Source: Octopus vulgaris
Taxonomy: Eukaryota
DNA length: 64,000 nt
Reading direction: 5' to 3'
NCBI GenBank assembly: GCA_951406725.2
Contig: OX597826.1
Location: 20,708,001 to 20,772,000, forward strand
Shown here one piece after another: positions 1 through 14,970 of the stretch. The notes under the pieces were generated by a model. That model was not told the DNA's origin. It did not search any database and saw nothing but the letters and a program-made list of their open reading frames with translations. Numbering within the stretch: the first letter of the stretch is position 1; each line of letters starts with the position of its first letter. The position numbers were made by a program, and so were the translations under genes.

Positions 1-135
1 TACATACATACATACATACATACATACATACATACATACATACATACATACATACATACATACGTGCATACATAGACACACACACATACATACATACATA
101 GATACATACATAGATACATACATACATACATACAT
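1..135. repeat. (TACA)n microsatellite
   Basis: Direct tandem TACA units with minor variants. Confidence 0.95.
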
Positions 136-1071
136 GTAAATGTATATATATATGTGTGTATGGTGTGTGTCTATGTATGCATGTATGTATATGTCTGTCC
201 ATCAGTAAGTGTGAACGAGTGCACGTGTCTTTGTATTTCTGCACATACATGTATGCATGTATTTCACATCTTTAACGACAACAATTCCTTTGTACAGAAC
301 CATTCAGACCTGCACACACAGATCCCACAAGCCCAACCACTCCCACCAGAGCGAGCACTCCACGACCTTGCCTATATCCCCACACCTATCCTTCGATACA
401 AATTAAAAGAGATAAATTAATTAGGATGGCATTTAGCAGTTCTAGTGTTGCTATTATTATTATCATCATTATCATTATCATTATTATTATTATTGCTATT
501 CTTTATCAAACAATGTTTGACCAATTAATGCCTTCTTTCTCCACACCCCAATCATCAACCATTTTTTGATGCCTCGATATCCCTCTCCCAGTTTGGTCAA
601 ACGCCTCTCTCAATCTTCACAACTAAACATCGGTGAGCCACACTCGCCTACAGCCATACCGACACCCTTAAGCCGTAACGCGCGCGCGCGCGCATGGGAG
701 CATTTACAAAGACAAAGATACTTGCTGCAAACGAAGAACGATCACCCACCACCACCACCACTAAAATCTGTTCTTACCCAACATCAACAATAACAATAAC
801 AAAAACAAATCAGAACGAATTCTCACTCTTGTAATTATTCTTGGAAGAATATTCTTTCTCACATACATACATACATACATACATACATACATACATACAT
901 ACATACATACATACATACACACACGCGCGTGTACACACACACACACACACGCATTTAATAATCAAGGAAAACCCAGGAAAAATGAGAGGCAAATATGATT
1001 TAGTTCCGTATGTTTACAGTTGTTTCATAGTTCGTTTTCAGTTTCTCCATCAACTCTGATTTGAAGGTGTG

Positions 1072-1172
1072 CATATATATATATATATATATGTATGTAT
1101 TATGTATGTATGTATGTATGTATGTATGTATGTATGTATGTATGTATGTATGTATGTATGTATGTATGTATG

Positions 1173-1234
<62 letters not shown>
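1072..1234. repeat. Compound (TATG)n/(TA)n microsatellite
   Basis: Directly visible; one of dozens of such tracts in the window. Confidence 0.95.
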
Positions 1235-1239
<5 letters not shown>

Positions 1240-1431
1240 GCTGCGAAAACATCTTTAAAAAACTGCTACTCAGAGTTTCACATTCCTGTTCGTCGGGCAG
1301 TTTTCACATTTGTGTTTACTCTGATACACACACACACACACGTACATACATACTCGGAGCTTCATGGTTTCGATGGGTTTTTTTTATCTAACACACAGAC
1401 CTTAATTTGCCAATTTGCTGACATTCTTAAT

Positions 1432-1635
1432 GAATGATGGACTAGTTGAATCGTTACAATATCGGATAGAATGTCTTGCGGTATTGGTTCCGGATATTTA
1501 CGTTATCAGTTCAAATCACACCGAGTTCAACTCTGTCTTCTATCCTTCTGGGATCGATAAAATGAAGTCCCAGTCATGTACTGGAGTCAAAATAGTCGAT
1601 TGCTCCCAATTTCCGACATGGTACCTATGTTAGAA
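1432..1635 (+). mobile_element. SINE family B, diverged copy
   Basis: Contains gaatcgtta...agttcaaatcacaccgagttcaactctgtcttctatcc...gatcgataaaatgaagtcccagt, alignable by eye to the copies at 28465 and 52355. Confidence 0.65.
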
Positions 1636-2261
1636 ATCAATATCTATAGAGATTATTGTCTTGAAGTCAAACAAAAGCGACTGCAGGCGTGGATCGACTA
1701 GTTCTGATCCGATTCGAACTGGGGAAAAGCTAGCAACAACAACAACAACAACAGCAACAGTAACAACAACGTATCGTAAAGACACCAATATCTAGTTTTG
1801 GGCGTAAAAATGACATGTTCAGGTCAAACGAACTTACAATGTGGCGAAGCCCCCCCCCCCCCAATAAATACGAAAAGCTTATTGTTGTTGTTGTTAATAT
1901 TAATTGTGTTTGATCTAAGCCGATGGAAAGCGTCTTTGTATCGACAATTTGAATAAAGTAACTGAATGAAACCCTTAAGCAGTTGGCATAAATCAGAAAG
2001 CAACTTTACGAGTCTAGCGTGTGTCCTGAATCGCTAATTTCGTCTCGAAGGTGGGTTGAGCACCGACTGCCACATCATTTTCGAAGATTAACTACTTGTT
2101 GTTGGTGTTGTTGTTGCTCGTTTGTAGAGAGTGAGGATTGTTAGCAGTGAGGCAGACACTAGATGTGTAAAGTTAAGGACAGACAGAAACCTATGAGTTT
2201 GACAAACGAACATTAGTGATGATAAATGGATGTGAGTGAAGGGACAGAGTGATAGGTATTA

Positions 2262-2490
2262 TGACGATGATAATGATGATGATGATGATGATGTTGATGG
2301 TGGTGGTGGTGGTGGTGGTGGTGGTGGTGATGGGGTGATGGCTTGTGGGAATGATAGGGTAACTAGTGGTGGTCGTTGCTGTTGTGATGTTGATGGTGGG
2401 AGTGGTAAATATAGTTGTAGTGGTGGTAGTAATAGTAGTAGTAGTAGTCGCAGTGATGGTTGTGGTGGTAGTAATGGTAGCAATAATGAT
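2262..2490. repeat. Compound trinucleotide low-complexity tract (GAT/GGT/AGT)
   Basis: Directly visible; explains ORFs 2236-2585. Confidence 0.9.
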
Positions 2491-2913
2491 GCAACCTGTG
2501 TTAAAACAGCGAATGGAACCAATTCTATGTTTGACGAAAGAACATAAAGAGAACCCACTGTCATGAATGGAACCAAAGTATTCACATCTTGGTTTTAATT
2601 GCTTTAAAATTCCGTTCCCTAATTAATTAATTAACGAACATTAATTAACCAGTATTAAATTGCTGAAAACGCAACTTCGTCTTTTACCTGGCAGTTATAG
2701 AGTCATCTTCACAATTATTTGGACATTTTGTTTGAGATACCATTTTACAGATGACTCCAATTAAAGAGATACCATAATTTGGTGCCACCTCTAAAACACC
2801 ATGCATTCATTTAAGAAATGGAAAGGTTCAATTTCTTAAAATATTATCCCCAAAATTCCAACATTGAACACTTTATAAGACTTTGCTTTGAATAAACATA
2901 ATCTCTCTCTCTT

Positions 2914-2979
<66 letters not shown>

Positions 2980-3632
2980 ATGTATATGTACTTACATACG
3001 CACATCCAACAACATACACATACCTGTATAAGTGTGTATGTATGTATGTGTGTTACAAGTTTGTTTTAGAAAAGAGACCAAAAGTACTCTGTCCAAAACA
3101 CTAAATATATATTGTATAAACATTAAGTATAAAGTATAATTGTTTATTGTACTCAGTTGGTCATTTTCTTCTGTCACTGGTTCCCCATATTCTATGTCAT
3201 TTGAACGAATGTGGAAATACGGCAAATTCCAAATTGTGATCATGATAACGGTAGCAGCAAACGACTCTGACCCTTCTCGCCATCATTCCTGTTGGACAAT
3301 CCAGAAAGAATTCAGTAATCTGAGCCAAACAGGGTGCAAATAAAGCAGTCTGTGTTGGTGTGTTTAATGAAACATTTCTATATTAAATAGAGGACACTCT
3401 GTCAGATATCAGTAGAGCTAGCGAAATAAATAGACATACATCAGAAGCAGATTCAACAACGCTATAATGGCGGAAAGGATTGCGTAAAAATGTTGACGAT
3501 TTACCTTATTTCCTCTTTTGATTAACTCCCCTATCTTCCTCTCAATTTCTAATTTCATACAAACTTTGTTGGTTTATAGTTAATGATTTTGTTTTCTCTC
3601 TGTGTGTACATACGTGTGAGCACATATACAAA

Positions 3633-3779
<147 letters not shown>

Positions 3780-4693
3780 GCAGAAACAAGGAACATGCCT
3801 CTTATATTTGAACACTATACAAATATTCTTTTAAAAAACTTTTCTTTTAATTTTTCTAAATTTAATTTTTTTGTTACAGTTGAAAAGGTCTTTATAAAAT
3901 TATTTTAGCATTTTCTATCTTGACTTGTTTTTTCATATATATCAACTCGTGTGTCCTTTTTCATCCTTATACGTATATATATATATCCGTCGACACTTTG
4001 CCATCCCACTGTTTGCCGTATTGTTTACTCCGACTATAATTGTTTATCTGATCTGTTCTGTCCTGTAAAGCCTCCCTCAACCACCACCACCACCACCGCC
4101 GCCGCCGCCACCACATAATTACAACAACCAACAACTAAAATAAAAAGTGAGAAATACTTCTGATCGATGTCACAAAACCCCACTAAAACCGTCCCCTAAT
4201 CCCTTTCGACTATCAGTCCCTTTTTGTTCTTTCTTATTTTACTCCTCTTCTTGCCCTTTTATTACTTTCACTTCTCTCTTCCCAGTGACTTTCTCTTATC
4301 CCCCCTCTCTCTCTCTCTCTCTCTCTCACTATATATATGTTTGTATGTGTGCCCGCCATATTGTGTCTAGTGCATTCCCCCCTTCCTCCTATTGTCTTGT
4401 TATCGACAACCCTATCAAGAAATGACGGAACAGATTAGGCTAAACTGTGGCAATATTATTACTTCAGCCAATTAAAGAGCAGCGAATAACATGGCTGGTA
4501 ACAACGACAACAGCAACAACAACTGCAGTGGTTACAACAACAACCACAACAAAAAAAGCAAAAATAAATAAATGGGTAAATATATAAACAAACAAAAACA
4601 AAAATTGAATGAAACTCGGTGCCAAGTCTGATTAAGTACTTAAAGTCTTTGAAACTATAAGGAACCATAACCGAACAGAAAGTACAACTGCCC

Positions 4694-4732
<39 letters not shown>

Positions 4733-5769
4733 CCCCCCCCTCATATATATATATACGTGCACGCACATACACACACACACATTATAGATTACACACTCAT
4801 ATATATACACGTACATACATTTGTATGTATGTATGTATGTATGTATGTATGTATGTATGTATGTATGTATGTATGTATGTATGTATGTTTGTATGTATGT
4901 ATGTATGTATGTATGTATGTATTATGTATGTATGTATTTATGTATGTATGTATGTATGTATTATGTATGTATGTATGTATGTATGTGTGTGTGTTTGCTT
5001 GTGTGTGTGTGTATGCATGCATGTATACCTTTCAGGCTTTCTCATTTGCAGTGATTCCAGTCGGAGTTATAGATTTTCGTAGAAACCATGCTTGCCCGAG
5101 CATAAATATTTGTGTTAACTGAATTTTTGTCAGTGAAAGATTCTGATAACAATTAGCCAGCATATAACTGATAAGGAAATTAATTAGTCATAATTAATAC
5201 CACTGCTGCGAAATTTGTGCGTCTTTTTTTTTTGTTTTGTTTTGTAATTACAATTGCAGTTAAACGTGCATTTGTTTATGTATGTGCACTGGAACAAAAC
5301 AAGATTTCTTTACATCTGCATTTTTGCGTTGAGGGTCGCACAGATATGAAACAGACAGGGATTATAATGTGAAGACGAGGGAAGTTACAGAACCGTGTGT
5401 GTGTGTGTGTGTGTACTTCAGTGTAGCATAAGAGTGGCCAGCGAAGTGGATGGCAGAGATGAGCATTCGTCCTCGTGTTTTAGCTTTTGGAAACTGGTGC
5501 TGAAAAGCCGTCACCGTGAGGTTCCTCACAGATTTTATTCTACTTTTCGAAAACCTTCTTTCATTCTGCAGGTGTGTGTGTGTAAATGCACATACGTGCA
5601 AACGCATCATTGGGTAGGAACGAGGAGGGGGGAAAATTGTTCAATACTGAAAATAAAAAGGAATATTTATTACCAACTGTTTTATTATACACCAATCCAA
5701 GTGGTTTTCATTTTCAGTTATCGAAGTCAGAGGACGTGGGGCAAACGATTGATAAAATTTCAGCTTACA

Positions 5770-5823
<54 letters not shown>

Positions 5824-6017
5824 CATACTTACATGCACACACACTTGTACATGCATACACATTTACACGCACGTACACACACACACATATAATATTTGCA
5901 TGAGTCTTACTTAAACTATAGTATATTAAGCAGTATCGAAACACACCTCTCTAATAAGTATGCAAAAAAACTGTATATATCATCTATCCATCCATCCATC
6001 CATCCATCCACCCATCC

Positions 6018-6066
<49 letters not shown>

Positions 6067-6430
6067 CGCGTTTGGGCTTTTTTTCCGTTATATTATGGCG
6101 TTGTTTTATATATTATACGAAATATCTAGCGTATGTCTGATGGATACGCACTTTTGATGTTTCTATGCATATATATATTTATGTATGAATGTATGTATGT
6201 ATGTATGTATGTATGTATGTATGTATGTATGTATGCATGTATGTAAATATACATACGAGGCGTGTGAGTGTGTGTTGTGATATGCAAGAGCGCAATGAAA
6301 CCTTTTTTCACGGTGTAACTCAAAAGTCCAGGATTTAATTTTATAAAGATTGAATAGAAAATTATGTGCAAGGTAAATATAATAAAAATACATGATCGTT
6401 TTCCCCGCTTTTTTGCACACTGAATTGCAA

Positions 6431-6487
<57 letters not shown>

Positions 6488-6856
6488 CACACACATATGT
6501 ATCCCTTGATGGAAGTTAGCATGAAGCTGGAAGCAGTGCAGTTTAGTCATAATTCGACATGTATAGTAATGGATTATAAAGTGACAAGTGATAATGATTT
6601 CACCGCTCGAATTGTAATGACTGCAAAGCTTGTGTGAATAGCAAATGTTGAAGTTTCACTTACAGCGTTCTGTTTCTAAACAAGCGCACAGTTGACATTG
6701 ACTTGTAATAGGATATTGATTGGACAAACAAGCAACGATGGATGTATAAAAACTCCACCACGCCATATTTGAAAATGGTGGCACATAAAAGATGCGGAAA
6801 ATGAGGCTGACATATTTGTAGTTATATTTTGTAATTTGTGATAGTGTATGTATGCG

Positions 6857-6911
<55 letters not shown>

Positions 6912-7917
6912 GAGTGTGTATTCGTGTGTGTGAGTGTATTCAGATATATACAAGTATATACTTATGCATGCGTCTGTACACACACACATATATATATAGA
7001 TATACACACACATATATATGTATGTATTTATGTATATATAATATGTAAATATAAACATCTGTAAACATGCGTGTATATAACATATGTATGTATGTGTGTG
7101 TACGAGAGAGGGAGAAAGTGTATTTGTATGTTTAAGTGAATGTATGTTTATGTATGCCTGTATAAATGTTTATGGTTGGTCTTAGAGTGAAAGGATGTGC
7201 GTGTATGAGATAGATAGATAGATAGGCAAATAGATAGATAGATAGATAGAGAGATAGAGATAGAGAGAGAGAGAGAGGTTGAAAGATTAAAACAGATAGA
7301 AACATATGCCTAAAGAACGAGTGAAGTGTGTGTGCGTGTGTGTGAGGGTGAAAGTATTGATATTATTATATTTAGTATTCCGTGTAAGAAAACAAAGAAC
7401 GATTCAAGTTGTATCATAGAAAACCCTTCGCTGTTATTTAGTTTGATATTTTCGTTATTCTCGAAGATTCTTCAGCAAATACAATGGTCATCTTTCTTGA
7501 TATAAGGCGGTTCTCTTCTAAGATAACAATCTGTCGGAACCGTCTTTGTGTTTGCAGAAATATGTCTGTGGAACTGAGACAAAGGAATCACCGACATAAA
7601 CATTGAGGATAGAGAAAACCAAAGTAGAATATTTTCTCTTAGAATCATTAAGTATGGACATTTGGTGACGATACCACACCGTCAGAGGTTTTGTGCAGAG
7701 GTCAGTTGTTTAACAGAGCAATGCGTTGGACACGTCTGTCCATTTACCATTCTGTACCAGATTCTATTGATGTTTTTCTCTTTGCAAGAGAATAACAGTC
7801 CACGTGGTGCTGGATTAGTTGACAATCCAGTGACTGGTGAGACACACACTCGCACCTGTGTGTGTGTGTGAATCTTTAGCGTGTGCATGTAAGTATATAT
7901 ATGTATATATATGTATG

Positions 7918-8035
<118 letters not shown>

Positions 8036-9080
8036 GTGTATCTATATATTGATATATACGTACGTATACATATATACGACGGGCTTCCATGCAGTTTCTG
8101 TTTTTGCAATTTGTTAACAAGACATTGTTCCTCTCAAATCTATAGCACTGATCCTGGAACCATTCGGTTGCAAAACAGATTTCTTTACCATCCAGTCATG
8201 CCTGTCTCACTAAAGTCACCGAAAGGCAAAGTGATGGCGTTAGCCACGGTGCAACTCTAAGTCCACCGCTGTTCATAGTTATAACAATTATGTCATAACA
8301 TTTGAAATGTTGATGTAGTTTCAAAAGTAATATAAACTGGTTGTTAAGGAAACTAATCGTCTTTCCGAATATGTCTGAGTTTTATATTCAGTAAATTCGT
8401 TAAATAACTGAATTATGAACGAAGGTCTTGATGTTAGAGATTTTGAGGATATCGACTTGATTTTGACTTATAGGTTTCTGTAGGACAGAACTCGTGTTAT
8501 CAGCTAATTAGTGACGTAATTAGAGTATCTTCGAAAAGTGTAAAGGTTTGCCGACTGGAAATGCAATTGCTTGCGTGACCAACATAATAAAACGAAATAA
8601 ATAGACAAGTTTTTTATTTGCCTGTAAATTACGATTTACAAGTTGACACTGACATTTACAGGCACCGTCTTTGGAATAAAATCTTGCTATTATCTTTGAA
8701 TAATTTATTTTGTTTTTGCTTTAAACTTTTCATTTTACTCGATACTTTTTTCACACTTGTTTTATAACGGTTTCGGACAGAGGAATTGTTGATCGTGTTT
8801 TGTTGTGTGACAGAATAAAGTTCTGTGAATCATCTGGTTTTACTTTTTAAGACTTCATTAATTCTTGTGACCAACACAAACAGCCATGCATTTATTCATT
8901 TATTCCTTTATTTATTGTCTCAAGGCATTCATTGGTCACCGTTTCCCTCTATAAACTCGATCCGATTGTTTTCTTTTCATAGCATCTCCCTACCTAACCA
9001 GTACGTCCATATTTTACACACATGCATGCATTAATATGTATATATAGCTATTAATGTGTACGTATGTAGACATATAAATG

Positions 9081-9125
<45 letters not shown>

Positions 9126-10083
9126 TAAAGATACGGACAGATATACAGAATCAAGTACGCACCGACATAGGAAGGTTGATAGAAATAGTTTGGTGAAGGT
9201 AAAACTAGTTTGTTGTATGTAGTGGTGTGGCGGGGTGGTGGTGGAGTGGGTGGGTACATTGTTTGATGGAGTCGGCTACTTGATTGACTCTGCTTAATGA
9301 TAGAATCAATATGTTCGATAAAAGAGACAATGCTTGATAAAGTGGGCAACGTTTGATAAAAAAGATATTGGTTTAGTCGAAGAAATTGTTGGATAAAGAA
9401 GTATATCAAACAAAAGCCTTATAAACTATGACTTGTCTGTCAAACATTGCCTTGCCCATCGAACTGTGTCATCGACACGAAACAGTGTCTTGTCTATCAA
9501 ACCGAGTGTCTCCTCTTTCAAATCATCTCTTCATCTCTGCAGTCAATAAATCTGGAGAGAGGCTACAATTCCAGAGTAAACTCACAGATTGAAGGTATTG
9601 ACCCCTAAATAGCTCACGTGACTTTCTGATATGATTAATGTCAGGAGAAACAGCTAAACACAGATTTCGATCAATTTAGAAAGTAAATGAACCCCAGCTA
9701 AATAATATAAAATCAATAATAATTGATTAATGTGTCCCGGTAATCGATAAGGAAGCCATCCATGAATGGGTCGACAATCAACCAACATCGCGTTCAATTC
9801 GACACGCAATGTATTAATGGCTAAGGAGCTAAAGACATATTGTAAAGCGTTGACCAGCGGTCATCTTTGAGTGGACAGTGTCACGTGAATAGATTAATCT
9901 GGTCTAATATGTTCAATAGCTTAATTATGTTAATTAACAGAAAATGTATTGAAGTAAATAGTATTAAGTTTATTAACTTATATACACAGATATATGTAAA
10001 TGTGAGTGCGTGTGTGTTCATATATATTCGCGTGCGTGCACGCACACACACGCACACATATAATGTGTGTGTATATATATATG

Positions 10084-10124
<41 letters not shown>

Positions 10125-10781
10125 GCACATATACATATATGTATGTATGCATATATATATATTTACGCACATACACACATACATACAAACATACACCCAC
10201 TGGAAATTTCTTTGTGCATATTCATGCTCTGAGCTCGAATTTCACCAATGCCAACTATGTTTTACCTCCAATGGGGGATCCAATCCAGTACTGAAGGTTA
10301 AAGAGCAGGAGGGTTTTAGTGAAGGACAAGGTGTCTTCTGGTATCTGTTCTGACTCTTTGTGTTCCAGGTTCAATTTCCGCCTCCTATCACCAACATCCT
10401 GGTAGCAGTAAGCGCACCGTTCATGCTCCCATTTAAGAATGGTAGTCCACCAACGTCACACAGTGACACATCGGTTGGTGCCGCATCTATGGCACATCAA
10501 AGCAAGACCAAGTGGACACTGCGTAAAACCGTATAACCTTAGGACGGAAAAACGAACAGGGTTTACCGTCTATCTCCCTCATGACGACGACGACGATGAT
10601 GTTGATGAAGATGATGATGATGGCGACAGAGAGGGTGGTAGCATGGCTTATTGGCTGGTTGGATGGGTGGTTGGGTAGTTGAACATTGCAATTTGTTTGA
10701 AGTGTGTAGAATAATATACAACCAACAGCGTCATGTACACACAGATGTATATGTATGTATATATATATATATGTATATGTA

Positions 10782-10834
<53 letters not shown>

Positions 10835-11028
10835 GTGTATTTGTATATACATGTGTATTTGTATATACATGTATACACATACACAAAAATCAATGAAAAG
10901 ACGAAGTGATTTACATTAGAACTTTCCAGACAAGATATGAATTCTTGGGTAGCAAAAGGCCAACTTTCCTATCTTGTCGGCAACATTACATACATACTAC
11001 ATACACACATACATACCTATATACATAT

Positions 11029-11104
<76 letters not shown>

Positions 11105-11695
11105 GCGCACGCGCACATACAGACACACACACACACACACACATACACACACCACATACACGCACACACACACACGCACACACAACATGAAGTATATTTA
11201 AAGTTTCTCTCTTCCCTGATAAGAAACTAAGCAAAATTAATATTACTCATCACAACTTACCTATGTCTTTTATTATCTATTTATCAATTATTTATCTCTT
11301 TTCAGTCATAGTCTACCTGCGAGTCTATCTTCTTTGTGTGCCTGTGTGCATGTATATGCGTGTGAGTGTATGTGTGCGTATTTCCCAACGTGTTCTTCAA
11401 CCTGTTGACCTAACAAGGCATTTGTCAATTTCCCTCGTCAAACGGCCAGAGTCAATTTGGCCGCCGCTTTCGGACATCTCGGCTTATTTGTTTGTTTGTT
11501 TGCTTTCCACTGAAGTCATTTTTCATTTCGATCTTTAGATTATATATTCATGAAGTACTTGCATTCTATATAGGTATGTACCTATGTATATGAACTCCTT
11601 GTAGTGTGTGCTTGTGTGCGTCCGTGTCTGTGTCAGTGTACGTGTGTGTATGGGTGTGTCTGTGGGTGGGTGTTGTATTTATAAATAGTTTAATA

Positions 11696-11736
<41 letters not shown>

Positions 11737-11755
11737 CATATATACATATATATAT

Positions 11756-11860
<105 letters not shown>

Positions 11861-13707
11861 TATATATCAGTTGACTTCATGTGTATGTGCGTGTATACAT
11901 GAGCAAAAGACAGTGATCGAACAAAAAATGAAACAAAGAAAGAAAGAGAGAAGGAAAAGGAAAGTTTGTTTGTAATTAAACATAGAAGAAATGTAATTAC
12001 ATAATTTTATAACTTACGATGAGTTGTAAGGTCTTAAGTGTGGAATTTAACTGGCAAATGGAACTGAGAGTCACGGCCTGCAGAGGGCGTTGGATTTCAG
12101 ATTTCCATTAGAAATACACACAGGTGTATATGAATGCATGTGTGCGTGTGTGTGTGTGTGTACGTGTGCGTTAGTGTGTATTCGTTTTGCGTTCATACAC
12201 ATATATAAATATATACATATTCCAGTATGTATTTACGTAATATATATACATACATACACACATACACACACACATATATGTACACACACACACACACTAT
12301 ACACACGCATACACACACACACATGTACACTCATACATGCATATAGACATACATATGAGATTTATATTGAGATTTGAACGTTATATAAACCGTACCAAAG
12401 TGTTTAATATCTCATGGATTTGGATAATACATAATCGATCTTGAACATTGATAAAATACCTTAAATTTCGTGTCGGTGAATAATTGATTACACTGTTCCC
12501 AATCCTTGATTGGTACATAATTTCATCGACTCTAAGCAAGACGGGGGGAAAAGTTGGGATCGATGGAATTTGGACTCAGAACATAAAAAACCATAACGAA
12601 ATACAGATGCTCTACCGACTCACCCGAATCTGTTCTTATCTCATCCATTTCACACTTCTCCTCCTCTTTATGTGTCACTAAAGAACAATTAGATAAACCA
12701 TTTTAAATGAAGAATCCGTGATGGCTTCTGCAATATTGTTTCGCTAGTTGCAGCCTTTTGGACCTTTTTCCATGTATCTTGAAACAAGAATCTAAAATGG
12801 TCATGTGGTACCCCCGCCATATCTAATCAAACAAACGCTATGATCTACGTAATTGTTTTTAATTCATCTGCACCATCACCGGATGATTTTTGCTTAACTG
12901 AAGAAGATCTAGCAAAGCTTTGGCTTCTCAAGGGCTTACATCTTGATCCTTGAAGATCTCCACTGATATCCTTTTAAATTCCTTTATTTTAGCCCTGAAT
13001 TCCCGGTATTTCGGTCAGTCTTCAGTTTCAGTTTTTAATGTTGCTAACTGTATCAAGTTAAATTCTTTAAACAAAATCCTATAAACTACAGCTGCGCCAT
13101 GACAGAATGACACAGTTCATGGACCAGGGCACAGGTTTCTTATCTGCTCTTCAAACATTGACTAATTAAATTTTAAAGAACAATTAAGATTCAACTAACT
13201 TTACAACAAAACAGGAAACAATTAATAAATTCCCAGAACCCTCCATCCACTGCTAAATGTTTTGTTTCCTGTCTCTAGGATAAACTCAAGGCCCACGCGA
13301 GAATTGGAGACGAAACCGCAATTATTTTACTTGTATCCTCGGGAAAGCATGAATGTTTCAGCATCGCATCTTGACCATTTCGTTTCCAAAATTTACATTA
13401 AGTCCGAAGGAATTAATGTTTTATTTCCTGCTGTCAAAGCGTTTGTTTAACGGCGAGACAGCAGGGGATGAGTGGGGGGAGGCATATTTTGCTACGTGTC
13501 TTTTTTTTTCTTTTCTTTCAGTCAACAGACTTCACAACTTCCGGTCAAACGTGTGTCCTTCAAATTAAATTTATACAAAGTATTTGTGCACACACACACA
13601 CACACACACTGCAGCTAACGTTGGCTCCTTTAACAGTGACAAGACAACGAATTGTTATATTTTAGCCGAAGATTAAAACGTTGAACTGGTTTTACTACTC
13701 AACTCTT

Positions 13708-13742
<35 letters not shown>

Positions 13743-13805
13743 TATTTCAAATACATACTTATGTCTGTTATTGTTTTTATTTAACTTCTGAGGAACTACA
13801 GAATC

Positions 13806-13810
<5 letters not shown>

Positions 13811-13890
<80 letters not shown>
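13811..13890. repeat. (CT)n microsatellite
   Basis: About 40 perfect CT units. Confidence 0.95.
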
Positions 13891-13900
<10 letters not shown>

Positions 13901-14141
13901 TACACTCATTCTGTCTTTCATTCTATCTATCTCCAGACTTTCAGACATATATCCACAAATACTTCATCCCCCCCCCCCCCACACACACACATACACTATC
14001 AAATAATCATCTGCAAAGAAGAGAGATAAAAAAACTCTCTAATGGTATTCATTGACACAAGTGGAACATCTCAAAGCATTCGCTACTCTAAACTTTCATT
14101 TCTCTATTGAATATGCTACCACCACCATCACCACCACCATC

Positions 14142-14175
<34 letters not shown>

Positions 14176-14191
14176 TAATCTATTTTACAAA

Positions 14192-14275
<84 letters not shown>

Positions 14276-14831
14276 AAAAATTAGAGAAAAAACACATGTA
14301 TGTATATATGTAGGTATTCATGTATGTATATATGTATGTATGTATTTATGTATATATGTATACATAGATACATTTATTCCCAGAGACTATACACACACAA
14401 AGTCCATGACTATCCGCCAAGTGTACATTATTTAATGTGGTTCTTTTCAAACACTCCAACAATGGCCACCTCCTATTTATATACTAAACCAACAATGGCT
14501 CCATTAAACTACAAAATCATTTTTTTTTTCAGTGCCAGACTCTTTGCTTTCTCTCATTTTAAATTCCTCATTAAATCCGATGCCAAATGAAAATGGTCTT
14601 TTACAATCCAAGATTAAAAATAAACTTCAGATGTTTCTTTTTTTTTTTTGCTCTTTTTTATTTTTTCTCCTTCATTCTCGTTTGATTCTCCACCACCACC
14701 ATCACCTGGATGTTGGGGTGTGGGAAGACCTTTGGCAGAGTCCATTTTGTGGAAAATATTCCGACCACGTGACCAATAATTTGAAGTTTCCCTACTCGGC
14801 TTCCCACTGATGGAGCTCAATATTGTCAATG

Positions 14832-14970
14832 GTTTCTCGTCGGTTTCAACGATGATCATTCAATTATTTAAGCACGCCACTTCCTACTAGTGAAATGAAC
14901 ATGTATGTGGCTGAGTATTCCGCAGACACGTGTACCCTTAACGTAATTCTCAGACAGGATCAGCATGATA
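14832..14970 (-). mobile_element. SINE family C, 3' fragment
   Basis: cagacacgtgtacccttaacgtaattctcag is nearly the reverse complement of ctgaaaattacgttaagggtacacgtgtctg at about 30141-30171. Confidence 0.75.

Noticed and set aside
3245-3275. ITVAANDSDP resembling a cadherin AxDxD motif
   Set aside because: No other cadherin motifs (PE, LDRE, DxNDNxP) and the frame closes at 3343
3283-3285. In-frame TGA within a long minus-strand frame (possible selenocysteine)
   Set aside because: No selenoprotein similarity or SECIS seen; an ordinary stop is more likely
7440-7482. Minus-strand CUGAAGA...GAAA hammerhead-like string
   Set aside because: No proper stem II closure and no NUH/stem III in register; likely chance
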